A stretch of DNA of 64,000 nt from the human T2T-CHM13v2.0 reference genome, Homo sapiens: the NCBI RefSeq assembly GCF_009914755.1, contig NC_060942.1; one strand, given 5' to 3'. Position 1 is the first letter of the stretch. Every line of letters starts with the position of its first letter. The translations under genes and the position numbers were made by a program. Below the pieces are notes generated by a model, which was given only the letters and a program-made list of their open reading frames with translations, had not been told where the DNA came from and made no database searches. Below are positions 12,971 to 27,300 of this stretch, one piece after another.

Positions 12971-13660
12971 AAGCAGGGCTGAGGGGATTCAAGTGCTCAA
13001 ACAGCCCAGGCGTATGGGTCACCTGGCACCTCTGGAGGAGGGACATGGCCCACAGATGTCACCGTTTTTAAGAGGGCCTGCCCTGATCTCGCCTATGTCA
13101 AGGGTGACTAGAAGAAGGACGAATCGGTCCTCTGTGTAGCTGTTTGCAAACGTGAAGAGGTGCGTAAGTCCCTAATAATGAAGTAATTGCCCAAACATCT
13201 GGTTAATGTGAACAAGTGCAAGCCAGGCAGGCAGGACGCGTGCCGCAAGGCTGTGCCCACAGAGCCAGGATGGCCATCTGCTGCACACCCCACACGCGGT
13301 TGCCCGCAGGACCTGATGGGGCCGCGGAGCCCACCTTGCTCCTTTCTCCCGGCGGGAACCTGCCCCCACAGCAGGGCAGAGAACAGCGCTGCGGGTGTGG
13401 GTTTGTAGAAGGGACAGAGCCGAGAGACCCTGGGGGTCCACAGGTGGCTTCCCAGCAGCGAAGATGAGGTCAGAGAGCACCTCTGAGCCGGCACAAAGGC
13501 CCCTCGCTGGCCCCGTAAGCCCGAGGCCAGCCTCGCGTGCGGGGGAGCTGGAGCACTCGGGTACGAGGAGGGCGGCGATGGCTCACTGTCCTTTTCCTTT
13601 CTAGTAATGACTCTTGCTCAGTTTAAAACTGTGTTTTAGTCCATTATGAGGCGTAAGTAC

Positions 13661-13727
13661 ATATTAGACTGAACCACGTGAAACTTATTTTTGTAGTTAT
13701 CAGCCATTTTATATGGCTCAAGCTTAT
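13661..13727. mobile_element. Degenerate MADE2-like mariner MITE
   Basis: Imperfect inverted ends tattagactgaaccacgtgaaa ... tttatatggctcaagctta resemble TTAGGTTGAACCATATGAAA. Confidence 0.5.
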
Positions 13728-14139
13728 CTATGTTGCTCATGGATTTAAACGTAATGCAAAGCACTTATTAAATACGTGGGAATTGCAAACGTGAAATGGA
13801 GAAGGCAGGGAATTGCCAGGGAACGAGAGAGCAAACAGAAAACTCATGTCTGCAATGCTGAAGAACAAGGGGTTCCGGGCTGGCAGGAACCTTCTCCAGG
13901 GATGGGAGCCTGGGAGCCTCCTACCCGATTGTGCCCAGAGTCCCTGTCGCTGCACATTCACTTCAAACAAAGATCGTGCAAAGGAGAAACCCTCGTCCTG
14001 TGTGCTCAGTCCCACCCCAGGTCAAAGGCTGCCTAAAGCCTTTCCACCGCCTCCACAGGGGAACAGCTGCTGAAGCCAGATGGGGAACGACCTTCACATG
14101 TAAAGCAGCTCCCCACACCTCCCCAGCTCCACAGGGCAG

Positions 14140-14512
14140 ACGTGCATGCGTGCACACGGGCAAACACACACAGAAGTGTACATACGTGCACTCACAAAAA
14201 CACAGGCACACACAACACACAGATATGCACATGTACACAAACACACCGATGTGTGCACACACAGAAACACACATGCATAGGCACAAACACAGGTGTGTGC
14301 ACACCTGCACAAACAGAAACACAGACACACACATCATACACAGACATGTCCACAGACACACACACAGGGGCACACGCACAGACAGACATGTACATGCAGG
14401 CACACACAGTCATACCTTAACACACAGACATGCATGTGCACACATGCAGAGATGCACAGACACATGCAGACGTGTGCACACATATGCGTGCACACACACA
14501 GAGACGGGCACA
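14140..14512. repeat. CA-rich low-complexity tract
   Basis: Degenerate (CA)n/CACACAGA runs. Confidence 0.9.
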
Positions 14513-16329
14513 GGTGTCCCTAACCTGTCAGTTCTTCCTGGATGGTGGGCTGCGTCCAAGCAAGCTGAGAATTTTCCACGTTGACTGGAACACTCGGCTA
14601 AAATGCCTTGGCTTCTCAGGTCATGGGTAAGGGTCATTGACAACTCTATTTGCCCACTTTATTCAAACCAGAGGACAAGGAAAACTACTGGATGAACACG
14701 GTTGTCTTGGGAAGAGACCTGCAGGAAGCTGCCCCAGCAGAGGTAAGCCCGGTACTAACAGCTTGATTCTCATAAAAAGGTGGCAATAATCGTGAAAGTG
14801 TGAGAAGGAATGTGGCGTTATCCATTTAATCCCAGAACTGAGGCTGGGAGTTGTCTCGCAGTGACGTGGGCCAGGCCTCTCCCCAGCAAGGGCGATTAAA
14901 GTGAAACCACTTAGGACATTTGGTCTATTTCAGATCCCTGCCGGTAACCTTTTCCTTCTTTTCACCAACTCTTTTCAAACTTAGGTTTTTTTTTCCCTTC
15001 TGTCTTTGTATTTTCCCGTAACATAGCCCTCGGGGATGTTTACTTAGATTTCCCTGTTGGGGTTCATGCACTGCCCTGGTCTGTGCCATGATCTTGTTTT
15101 TGAAGGGACTCTTGCAACTTCCCAACCCAATGACAAGCACTCAATAGGCATCAAATGGTTGCTCGTCCATGAAGACATGAGGTTCTCTTTCTCTTCCAAA
15201 TCGGGGGAAATAATCATGAGGAATAGCTCATGACACGACACACTATTTCATTTTTGTTCAGCCTGAGGGTCCGCCCTGGAAGATCCTCTTTACAACATAA
15301 ACAATGTGATGACCATGGAATTCAGCAGCCAACTTTGACGGTGGCCATGACTGACGGGCACAGACATTTCTCTGTTCCTTCTCAGCAGGCCACGGGTTTC
15401 AGTAACGCCAGAGGCTGAGAGAGGAATTGGTCGACGGAGGTAAGCACACATCTATTGAGCACCTACTCTGTGCACAGCCCTTCGGGGATACAGAAAGGTC
15501 AAGGGCAGAGCCTCCCCTCTCTAAGGACTTCCACTACCAGGCAGAAATCGTCACATACGAGGAAAGCTTGACTGCAAAACATCAATTCATCCAGCAACCA
15601 CTCACCATCCACTGGTAAGGCCATGTCCTTCCATTCTGGCCAGAGTTCCGCATCTGTGCCTCAGTGCTGGGGCTGATCTGACAGCCTGTGTCGCACACAC
15701 AGAGGTTGGGGGAGAGATAGTTGAGACCAAAATGTTTGTGAGATCAAAGCCATTGAGATGCTGTCACACGTTCCCAGGGGCACGGACAGGGAACTCACAG
15801 TCACTCCCGGAGGGAAGCGAGTACCAGCTTGAAGCAGCGTGGTGTGGGGAGGTCCTCCTGCCTGGGTGCTGCTGAGGCAGAGAAGGAGGAGGCTGTTCTC
15901 ACTGAAGGCGCCTGCACATCTCCTCAGCAGAGACGGGGTACAGACGGGCTTTGGAGAAGGGTGGTCCCTCCGCAGGATGCGTGGGAGAGGGAGGATGCCC
16001 GGTAACAAACAGAGCTCCTGGCAAGGGTGGGCTGCGGCCCAGCCCAGAAGAGCTCCTCCTCCCTCCAGGAACCTGGATCTTGTCGCCCCGGGAGAACATG
16101 TTCCCTGCCTTCATCCCACGGAGCAGGCTTCGTGCAGAAGCTCATCCTGTTCACAGCTCTAACTACCAAAGGCTGGGAATCTACAAGCTGAATCTTCAAC
16201 CCAAACTCACCTCCTGAATGCCCATCACTGTTGCCTTCTGTCACCGGCCTTCGGACACCCCAGGAGCACCTCAGACGCACCCGAGCACAAACTCCATGTC
16301 TCTCCTGTGAAGTTTCTCAGAGCCCCTGC

Positions 16330-16575
16330 CGTGGCCAATGCTCCTGGCCACTCCACTGTGAAATCCACAGCATCTGTCACTCTTCTGCTCCCTCCTGCTC
16401 TTGTCTCCAAACCCAACTAACCCAGCCACCTGCAAATCTCTCCCGCCCTCCCGGCCACCCCAAGCAGCCACTGGGGACCATCCTCAACCTCCCCATCCAG
16501 TCTTTTCCCTGGGCCCGAAGCATGTTCCTAAAATGCAGACACGTCACATCACTCCAGTTCAAAACCTTTCAGTAG
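16330..16575 (+). mobile_element. L2 fragment
   Basis: ttcctaaaatgcagac...cacatcactccagttcaaaacctttcagt is L2-like. Confidence 0.45.
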
Positions 16576-16624
16576 CATTTGTTAATGGCCACTCATTTAT
16601 TCCACAAAAAATTACTTAATCTTG

Positions 16625-16915
16625 GGCTGGGCATGGTGGCTTATACCTGTAATGCCAGCACTTTGGGAGGCTGAGGAGGGAGGATAGCTTGAGGCCAGGA
16701 ATATGTGACCAGCCTGGACAACAAAGTGAGACCCCATCTCTATGAGAAATTAAAAAACTAGCCAGGCGCACTGGTGAATGCCTGTAGTCCCAGTTATTCC
16801 AGATGCTGAGGCAGAAGGATTGCTTAAGCCCAGGAAGTTGAAGCTGCAGTGAGCTGTGATTCTGCATTCTAGCCTGGAGGACAGAGCCAGGTCCTGTCTC
16901 TAATAAATAAATAAA
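16625..16915 (+). mobile_element. Alu SINE (AluJ-type)
   Basis: ggaggatagcttgaggccagga and gctgcagtgagctgtgat are J-type; TSD-like AAATTAC[T/A]TAATCTT on both sides. Confidence 0.93.
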
Positions 16916-18554
16916 TTACATAATCTTAGGCACCAGTCACTCCAGGAGGCACAGAAAATACACTATCATCTCTGCCATATTGGATTTATCATCTAGCACA
17001 GAGGAAAACACTAGGTGGTTGGTCCAACCCAGACAAGGACCTATGGCCACACTTCCAGCTCCCGGAGGACGATGCCAGCAGCGTTGCGGGTGGAGACGCC
17101 TTCCCAGCTGCCGGGCCGCACAGCTGCAGAGCCAAGGCTCCAATGCAGAGCTTTCTGAGTTGAAAGTCTTTGTTGTCATCTCACCTCATAGAAATAATAG
17201 CTCAATTATCACTCTAAGCCACACCATAATACACTTCCATTAAAAAATCAAAATCAGTGATACATTTAAAATGACGCTTTCAGCTGGCGTTTCAATACAG
17301 ACAGAGATGAAAGCGGGAAACGGCTTTCAGTTTCTGAAACCTGAGAACAGTTCCACAGTGAACATCTCATTGGGTGTCTTAGAGACACCCCAATAATGTG
17401 GGCTGAAAATGTTAATGAATTGAGCCTCTGTTTTCCTAAAGTATTCGTTTAGTAAATCCCCCCTTGGTAAAAAGAAAAATATCGCACCTGTCATAACCTG
17501 TTTCCATAATTTAATTTCACTCTCAATTCACTTGCCTCTGCACCTGAGTGAAAGGCTCCTGGGTTATTAACAGATTTCCTAATTGCAGTGTTTGTCGCAC
17601 AGGACACTTAGGGCAGCTCCTCCAGAGAGCGTCGAGGATGTGGCCTGACACTGGCTCCCACAGGCGTTTGTGTGATGGATGTGGGTACTGATAGAGAAGG
17701 GGGTGGTACAGACACTGATGAAAGTGTGTGGAGGTGATCTAAGTTCAGACAGGACGTGGATATGCAGGTGGCACGTGGTGCGGGTGTGGACGTGGGCATC
17801 TGTGTGGGTGTGGCTGCAGACACGGGCCGGTGATGCAGATGTGGGTGTGCGTTGGGGTGAGGCTGCGGACACAGACAGGTGCAGATGTAGGCCGAGGTGA
17901 TGTGGACAGACACAGGTAGATAGATGCAGACGCACAGTGGCAAACCCCAACTGTAAGTTTGGGAAGAGCTGCTCCCCATTGCCACTGTTTGGCAGGGAGC
18001 ATTGGGCACTCACGTTCCCTCCACAATGTGCAGCCACAGACACACTTGTGTCTGCAACATGAAAGCCGAGCCCACCTTCCCTGTGTGTGCCTCAAAGCTA
18101 GTGGGGTCGGGAGGATGTCCTGAGGCTTGCTGGGTGGATTCTATTGATAAAGGGAGTCCTGGTGGCCCAGGGGTGTTTTCTAGAGCAGTGGAAGGCTCGA
18201 GGGGACGCAGGTGACATGGCCATCTCTCCTCTGCTGTCTTCATCTTGACAAAGAGCAGAACAGTTTCCAGGAATCCCCTTTATATTCACAAATTTTCAGA
18301 GAGTCTGGGGGTGGGGGATGAGAGAAAACCAGACAACTCCAGCACCCAAGATCTGCAGAGGGAGGGGGCGGAAGCACCCAGCCCAAGGCCGCGTCCACAG
18401 GTGGCTGAGCTCGGTCTCCCCAGAACACCCGCGGCGTCCTCGTGGCTCTTCTTCCCGGGCCGTGTCCTTCCATTCTGGCTGGAGTTCAGCATCTGTGCCT
18501 GGGTGCTGGGCTGATCTGACAGCCTGTGTCCCACACACACAGGTTAGCAGGAGA

Positions 18555-19100
18555 GATAGATGCACATACAAACATACACAGAAACACACATGCACAGGGA
18601 GATAGACACACACGGATATGCACACAAACACACAGATACACAGATACAGACACACAGATACATGCACACAGAAGCAGACAGACACACAGATACTCAGATA
18701 GATACACATACTCGTAGATACACACATGCACACAGATAAACACACAGATACACATGTGCACACAGAAATACACACAGATACACACATGAACACATGGAGA
18801 TAATTATATACACAGATACATCTACATGCACACACAGAGATACATACACACAAGCACACAGGGATAGACACAGATACACACACAGATACACGAGCACAAA
18901 CAGATACACAAAAATATAGGCACAGATACACATACACACAGGTACCTATGTGTACATACAGAAACACACACTTGCACGTAGAGACAGACACACACACAAA
19001 CACAGGGATACACACATGCAGATATATACACAGAGACACACACAGAGATATGCACACAATCACACAGATACACACATAACCACACATAAATACACACATT
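18555..19100. repeat. CACACAGATA-rich low-complexity tract
   Basis: Direct inspection. Confidence 0.9.
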
Positions 19101-19379
19101 TAGCAGCCTCTCAAAACAATATGAAATATCTGTTACTACCATCTCTGAACTTGTAGGGTCACAGTAAATACAAAGAATGCATACAGTTGAAGTAGATATT
19201 TTTCTTTTGCAACTGAAAAACTTTTTGAATATCATAGTTTCCTCCAAACAAGATGTTATTTTAAATGAAATGGAATCACAACAACATCTATTGTACCCTC
19301 GTCCCACTTCTCTCTCTCGTAAGAATAATGGATAATCATCAAACCAAGTTAATCATTGCTTTGAAGAGTATCCTCTTAG

Positions 19380-19578
19380 GTAGATGAGATAGATAGATGG
19401 ATAGATCGACAGATAGATGATAGATAGATAGATTGATAGATTATTGATAGATGATAGATAGATGATAGATGATTGATAAGTGATTGATAGATGATAGATA
19501 GATGATAGATGATAGATGATAGATGATTGATAAGTGATTGATAGATGATAGACAGATGATTGATTGATAGACATAGAC
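19380..19578. repeat. Compound (GATA/GATAGAT)n microsatellite
   Basis: Direct inspection. Confidence 0.92.
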
Positions 19579-22500
19579 TGACTCGTGATAATAGCAGTAA
19601 ATCCTCCTGCGCACTAAAGTGACTTATAATCTATAAAATGCCAAAGTTCTATAAAGCACTCAGGCAAAGAGAAATTCAAATGACAAACCAGTTTATTTTG
19701 AGCTGCACCTACCTTTTCCAGGCATATTCCAGTAAAAAGTTAATTTGACAGTGGTATGAAAAACAGAAGAGAAATTGGCAAACAGCATGAGTAATGGATA
19801 ACAAGTTGCAAGTTAAATACCAAACAGATAAGCACCATGAAAGAGAGGCAGAATATATCAAAATTTGTTGTGGCTCTAGGGATCGGCTAAATTTGCTGTG
19901 CTGTATAAAACACTGCTATTAACACGTCATTGCGAGAGTTCCTCTTTGAGGAGATGACTTTGGTGAATGCGGATGTTTTTCAGCACAACTGTTCAAGCAC
20001 AGAAGAAGCCTAGGAGCACAGAATGCAATTTAGTCGCCAGTCCCAACAAGCAATCCCCCACCGTAATGACTCCGAAGTTTTGGAAATCGGCTGAAGTGTT
20101 TTAACTTACAGTGCTGCGCCGAGTTTGCAGACAGGACAACCTGTTGGTCCCTGGGTTTCCCTGGATAAGAAAACAGGAGCTATTTCTCTTAATTAAATCT
20201 AGAGCGAACTAGAAGGAGCAGGTCACCTGATGGGAAATACACTCCTCTTCATGTATAAGAAGTTAGTTATGGTGACTAGTGGTGGTTTCACCTTGTTTTT
20301 CTCAGTTCTTCTTTTTTTAAGCCTTCAACTTTGGTTTTAATGCCAAAAAAAACAAAAAATTGACCAAAGTTTGGCTGCATCCCAAAACAAATGAGAAGCT
20401 ATTTTCTTGGAGGACATGCTCAGATATTTACAGGACTGAATTCTTTCAAGATATTTATCTTGCTGAACAGACTTAAAAATGCAAAAAATTATAAATAAAT
20501 GAAGAAAGAAGACTACATTCTCTGACAATGGACAGGAACACTGGAGCTCAGATTTTCAACAATAGATGAGGTGAATAATCAGAAATATTACATAAATAGG
20601 ATTAGATATTTATTTCACATTTATTTCTAGAAGTAGCAGAGTAAACAGAAAAAAAATGTTTCGTCTTTCTTGACCTAATTATCAAAATATCAAAACGTAG
20701 CTCATACCCACGTTTCGGGATTGTTCTCAGGGTTAATGAAATAGCACGTGCTAATCCTCAAGATTAGTAGCTGATGTGGGGCGGGCGACAATACATGAAA
20801 TCTCTAAGACTCTCAAATATAGACTACTTAATAAAGAACTGGACGGGGTCCAGGAGAGCCGAGGGTTTCCTAGAGATGGTAAGTGGTAAACTGTGTGGCT
20901 TACTGGAAACTAAGTTTCTTCCTCAGTGTAATGATGTATGAACTTTTTCAGCATCGAGGAAATATTACTGAGACTCATTTAGGACCATGTGGGAGCTGCC
21001 CCGGGTAGTTGGACCACTTGAGACTTAACAACTAATCCATTCACCTTTGCTCTGGACAAAGGTTTTGAGTTAATCCTAAGAAAATAAATCATTTATGAAT
21101 ATATAGAATACTGACTAATGAAATCTATCTCACCTGCGTCTCCCCAGGTAGGAGCCAGGCAAAGAGGGCCACATCCACGCATCTGCGTTCTCGTCTGTAT
21201 TCAGAGCTGCAGCTGGATAGGCTCCTAGAAGCCACTGATTTTATTTTCCTGGGTTTATGTTCCTCACACCTCTCACACAGAAATCAGCTACGAAGAAAGC
21301 CTCTCCTTGGAGCTGTGAGAATTCCTGAAATATTTCATAATCTTTGCCATCAAAACCTTGTGTGTACTTTCCAGCTAAAAGGGAGAAGGTCTTTCCCAGC
21401 AAACAGCTCCACGCTCCAGAGCCCTCTTGTGACCATCGTCACCAATCTGACCATACAGACAAGCTCCGGGACACCTCAGCCCGGAAAAATCCAAGCTCTA
21501 AATTAAGGCAGTGACGTTTATTCTCTTTCTAAAACTCATTCATGTTCTTAGTAACTATGTCTCCAGCACAGACCTCCATTTTAAACTGAACACACTAACA
21601 CCATCAGCCTTCATTCCTCCTGGGCTGCCACCCCAAATCTCCTGGCAAATGTAAATTTTTCCCTGTTTTTCCACTGCTGTTCCCTGTTCTTCCTTTTCCT
21701 GACACGTATCAGGAGATGATGTCTGCAGAGTGGAAACAAGTCTGGATTTCAATGTGTGCAGTAAAGGCCGACTAGGCAGCGTGCACTGCTCCCTGTGGCT
21801 CTGAGCAGAGGCTCTGCACTAAGGTCCCAGAATTCAGCTCTGGGACTGCAGCCCTGCCTTAGTCATAGCGAAGTCCCAGGAGACAGCCTGAACCCCGTGC
21901 TGGACCCTAGAGACCCTGGCCCTCAGTGGGGCAGTGCAGGCAGGACTGCAGCAGCGCACGGAAGGACAGTGGTCCAGGTTCAGCCAGGAGTCGCGACTCC
22001 AAGGCCGGCCACACGGTGTCCAGCCCAGGCCCCTCCACGCCCACCACTGTCGCCTGCCTGTGTGGCCCCGCCTGGCTTCAGCACTCCTGCCTGCTCCCCA
22101 CAGCTCCCACTCCTCAGGCATCCTCTATGCGGGCTGGGCTTAATCTTTTTAATTGTTAAAGGTCTTTAACTATGTAACAGGATTCATTATCCACTGTGTC
22201 TGTCAAAATGCTATTTAATAAGTTGCTTTTTTTATTAACCCCGACTGAAAACAAAACAAAACAGGGTTTTTTGTTTGTTTGTTTGCTTTGTTTGTTTTTT
22301 GTTTTTGTTTTTATCACCAGCTGCTGGAGGCAGAGCCAGAGTGTCTCTGGATGGTTTCTGCTAACACGCTGTGAGAAAGAAAAGGTGTGTCTCCCAGGTC
22401 TGGCAGCCCAGCGTCCACATCTCCTGTGACCCCTCCGGCCGTGGGGTACTGCCTCCCCATAACCCAAAGCCGTGTCTGAAAGAGAAGAGCCACTCTGATC

Positions 22501-24329
22501 CCTAGTGTGGCTCTTCCACATGGGCCTGCCCAGGGTGGCCATTCCATACATGACTCTGGAGGGCAGGTGATGACAGCCTGATACGAGCTGACACCAGAGA
22601 AAGGCAAACCGTTCTCCGGGCTGAGGCTCCCTCCTTGTAGAATGCCGCCCACCAGCTGCCCTGCCCGTGGGAAGAAGCGCCACGGCAGGTGGGCTTCAGG
22701 GTTAGGTGGAGATGATGCTGTTGATACAGAACATGTTTCTTATATTCTACAGATTTTTAACCATTTTATTCCTGAGTACAAAAAACAAAAGCCACTCAAA
22801 AGAAACGACAGTTGACATAATATTCGGGTAAAGCATGTTTACAGAAAAGGCCCAAAGAAGTGAACAGTAGTAGGCCAAATATATACTTTCTGGATTTGCT
22901 TTAAGTGGAAAAAGAGATACAGATTCAACCTCATTGAGTTGATCTGACCACACCTCTCTGCTAACGTTCGTGTACAGAAGCTGCAGGCAGGACATGACGT
23001 CACCACTTTCCAATAACATATTCCTGCAGCCACAGTCAGAAGAGGTCCCGGCTCCACCCTTCTCAGAATAACGGGTTGTTCAGCCGCGACCTTGTTTGTC
23101 AAAAATGACAGCCTCTTTTATTAACATGGAAAATTACCTGCTTCTTCTCCCCATTCCCTTCCACTTGACTTTTTTTTTTTCTTTGAAAAGCAGAGATAAA
23201 TCCCAGTAGCACAATTAAAGCGCTAGCTAAATATTACTTTGTTGGGCTTAACGATAGATTACAATGTGTGCATAATGACCCAGTTCCAGTAATATCATCT
23301 GATTTAGTAAGGAAATGAGAGACTGCCATATGTTCACCAATAAGGTCTCCGAAGCTCTCCTTCTTGTTCTGCCGGCGACGGTGCTGTGGGGTCCTGCAGC
23401 CTCACTGCTGCTGAACACCAAGCTCACCAGAGCCTGCACCAGGACACACATTTCCTCAGGCCAGGGCAGGAGACGAGCTGACAGCCCGTGGCCTCCTGAT
23501 TGAAGTCCCTTCACGGTTAGGAGTGGATGCCTGCTGCTTCTGAGCATTGTTCACTAAACTGGAGGCTCCCAGAACAGAGGGATCTGGGGAAAAAGGAAAC
23601 GAAGGAGGCATATTAAAGTTGAACACAGAACTAAAGAAACTCCAGCTCCAAAAATGAATGAGGTCGCTCCTTCAAACGCACACAATGCGACATAGCTGAC
23701 AAGGCAGTCTTTTTCATTTTTAAACAAAAATTTCAATCTTGATGGCAGAAAGTTCAATCCAGAGTAGATAAATGGAAATCCCCTTACCAAGACATAACCC
23801 CAGTCTTAGCTACGTTAGGGAATTTAATAAGACAAACTGCTGATCCGTTGAAGTCAGTACTAATAAGGGAATAAGAACATTATTTGCTTCGTCAAATATT
23901 TTCAATAATATTATGCCATAATTTATTCACTTATTTAGCAAAAATTAAAACGACCCTTGGTTCCCACAAAAATGGAAACGTGTATACGATGTACTATTCT
24001 TTGTCTAAGAAAAAGGCCAAGTGTTGATAAATGTTTACGTTAATAAAACAACAAATGGAAGAATGAGCCACAAAATAAGAATAGGAATCATTATTTAAAA
24101 GGTGTGTAAGAGAACAGTGGCTATACAGCTGGTATTTTTGTCTTCACTTTGAAACTTTGTGAACATTTCCTACGATTATAGAATGAACTTTGATTTAAAA
24201 CTCAAATCTCAAACTACTTAAAAAAAATCAAATAACACCAAGACTAGAAGTGCTGACCTGACAGCTGACCCACCACACTCGGCAGGTGTCTACCTTGACC
24301 AAACTGTGCTGCCTACGAGGAAGAGGAAT

Positions 24330-27300
24330 GCACTCAGAAAGAGGGAAAATACAGAAATTCTCAGCAGAGAACTAGAAACTGCAAAAAGGGAACCAATAGA
24401 GATTTTAAAACTGAAAAATAAATACCTGAAATAAAAACTCACTCCAAAGCAGCTCCAGCGCGGCCCGTCGATGATGGGGAGGCTGTGCCTGTGTGGAGGG
24501 GGGTGCATGGGAGCCCTCTGTGTCTTCTGCTCAGATTGGCTATGAAACTAAAACTATTCTAAAAATAAAGTCCATTCCAGGACATTGGACTGGCAAAGAT
24601 TTCGTGAGTGACACCCCAAAAGCACAGGCGACCAAAGCGAAAATGGACAAAAGGGATCCCATCTTGTTAAACAGCTTCTGCACAGCAAAGGAGACAATCA
24701 AGAGAGTGAAGAGACAACCCACAGAATGGGGGAAAATATGTGCAAACTATTCATCTGACCAGGAATTCATAACTGGAATATATTAGGAGCTCAAACAACT
24801 CTGGTACAAAATCTAATAATCCAATTAAAGGTCTGCATAGACATTTCTCAAAAGGAGACACACAGATGGCAAACAGGCATATGAAAAGGTGCTCAACATT
24901 ACTGATCATCAGAGAAATGCAAATCAAAACTACAAAGAGACATCATCTCACCCCAGTTGAAATAACTTTTATCCGAAAGACAGGTAATAACAAATGCTGG
25001 CGATGATATAGAGAAAAGGGAACCCTCATACACTGTTGGTGAGAATGTAAATTAGTACAACCATTATGGAGAGCATATGGAAGTTGCTCAAAAAACTAAA
25101 ACTAGAGCTACCGTGTGATCTGGCAATCCCATTGCTGAGTAGGTCCCCAAAAGAAAGGAAGAGAGATCTGCTCTCCATGTTCCCTGCAGCACAATTTACA
25201 GTAGCCAAGACTGAGAATCAACTTAAGCATCCATCAGCAGATGAATGGATAAAGACAATGTGGTACATGTACACAATGGAGTACTATTCAGCCATCAGAA
25301 AAGAATGGGATTCTGTCATTGGCAATAACATGGATGGAACGGGAGGTCATTCTGTTAATGAAATGAGCCAGGCACAGAAAGACAAATTTCACATGTTCTC
25401 ACTCATTTTTGGGAGCTAAAGACTAAAACAATTGAACTCATGGAGATGGAGGTAGAAGGATGGTTACCAGAGGCTGGGAAGCGTAGTTGAGGGGGAGTGT
25501 GCATGGTTAATGGATACAAAAAAAAATAGAGTGAATAAGATATAGTATTTGACTACAATCAACAATAATTTATTGAACAGTTTAAAATAAGCATAATTGG
25601 AATGTATGTAACACAAAGAAATGATAGATGCTTTAGGGGATGGAGACCCCATTTATCCTGATGTGATTATGACGCATTGTATGCCTGTATACAAATATCT
25701 CATGTACCCTCATAAATATATATGTATGTTTATATATATGTTTTCATATATATATTTTACATAGAGAGAGCTACTCTCTATATACGATATATTTATGTAT
25801 TTATTATATATATGAGGGGGTTACTTGAGAGATTTTGATACAGGCATACATACAATGTGTAATAATCATATCAGAGTAAATGGGGTATTTATCCCCTCAA
25901 GCATTTGTATATATTTTAATATAAATTATATATATTTGTATATAATAAATTTACGTATCATGTATTTTACATATACTTTTATATATGATATATATTACAC
26001 GTATTTTATATATTATTTATATTTTTTCCTTAGGAAAAAATCCCATATTTACCCATAAAAATAAAAACTTGAAATAATGCACCTAACAGACTCAACAGCA
26101 GAATGAAGAGGACACAGAGAAGAACCGGAGCCTCAAGCACAGATGAATAAGCACCACCCATGGAAAAGGAGCAAGGAAACAACAGTGAACGGGGCTCAGA
26201 GGCCTGTGGGGTGATCGGGAAAGACCAGACTGGCCGCTGGAGTCCAGGAGACAAGAGTGATCGGGACACGGAATCGTGCTGGAGGAAATGACACGAGAAA
26301 GCGCGTCAAATCCGGCAGAAAACATGAGCTTGCAGATTCAAAAGTCTCCAAAAACTAAACAGGATCAGAGCAGAGAACATGGCCCGAGGCATTGGAATCA
26401 AAATTCTGAAAGCCTAAGTTTCTGAACCTAGCCTGAAAGCCCAATTTTCTAAGATAAAACTATGAATAGTTTTAAAACAGAGAAAAATGTAAAATTATGT
26501 AGAGGGGAACAGTGATGTGAATCACCAAGCATTTCTCATCAGAAACCACACAGTCCAGAAGGAAGTGGATCCAAACCTTAAAATGAAAAAACAAAAAAGT
26601 AACAATCCTGTACAGATAAAATACAATCCAAATAAAATAGCAATGTAAATTGACAGTTGATTCTGAAATGTATATGGAAATGTCAACAATCTAGAATAAT
26701 CAAGGCACTTTTAAAAGAAAATAAATGAGCTGGAAGATGTATTGTACCTTACTTCAGGTCTTAACAATTCTGCTATATTAATAAAGGTAGTTTGTTTTGG
26801 TATCGGTGGAAAGATAGAGAAATAGATGAACGGAACAGAAAGGAATCCAGAAACAGGGCCCCACACACATGGTCAACTGAATTGCAATTAAAGTGCCCAA
26901 GAAACCCGCTGGAAAACGCATAACCTTTTCATTAAATGGTGTTGATCAGCTGGATATCCTATGAAAAGATGAGCTTTAACTGTTACCTCGCATCACATGC
27001 AAAATTTAATGCAAAATGAGTCACAGACCTAAATGTAAAACCTAAAACTCAACAAGGACTCTGCAGAAAAAGTATTCATGAAAATCAGGTAGTTTTAGGT
27101 TTCTTAAACAGAATGCAAAGAGCTCAAATTATAAAAGAAAAAAATGGATAAACTAAGCTTTATGAAATTTAAAAACTTTTGCTCTTTGAAAGACACCACT
27201 GAGAAAATGAAAAACAAGACACAGACTAGAAGACCATGTTTACAACACATACACTAGATGAAGAAATTGTATCTAGGATATATAAACTACTTTTATAACT

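Noticed and set aside
24493-25419. ORFs resembling L1 ORF2p
   Set aside because: Fragmented, stop- and frameshift-ridden relics of an L1MA; not a functional gene.
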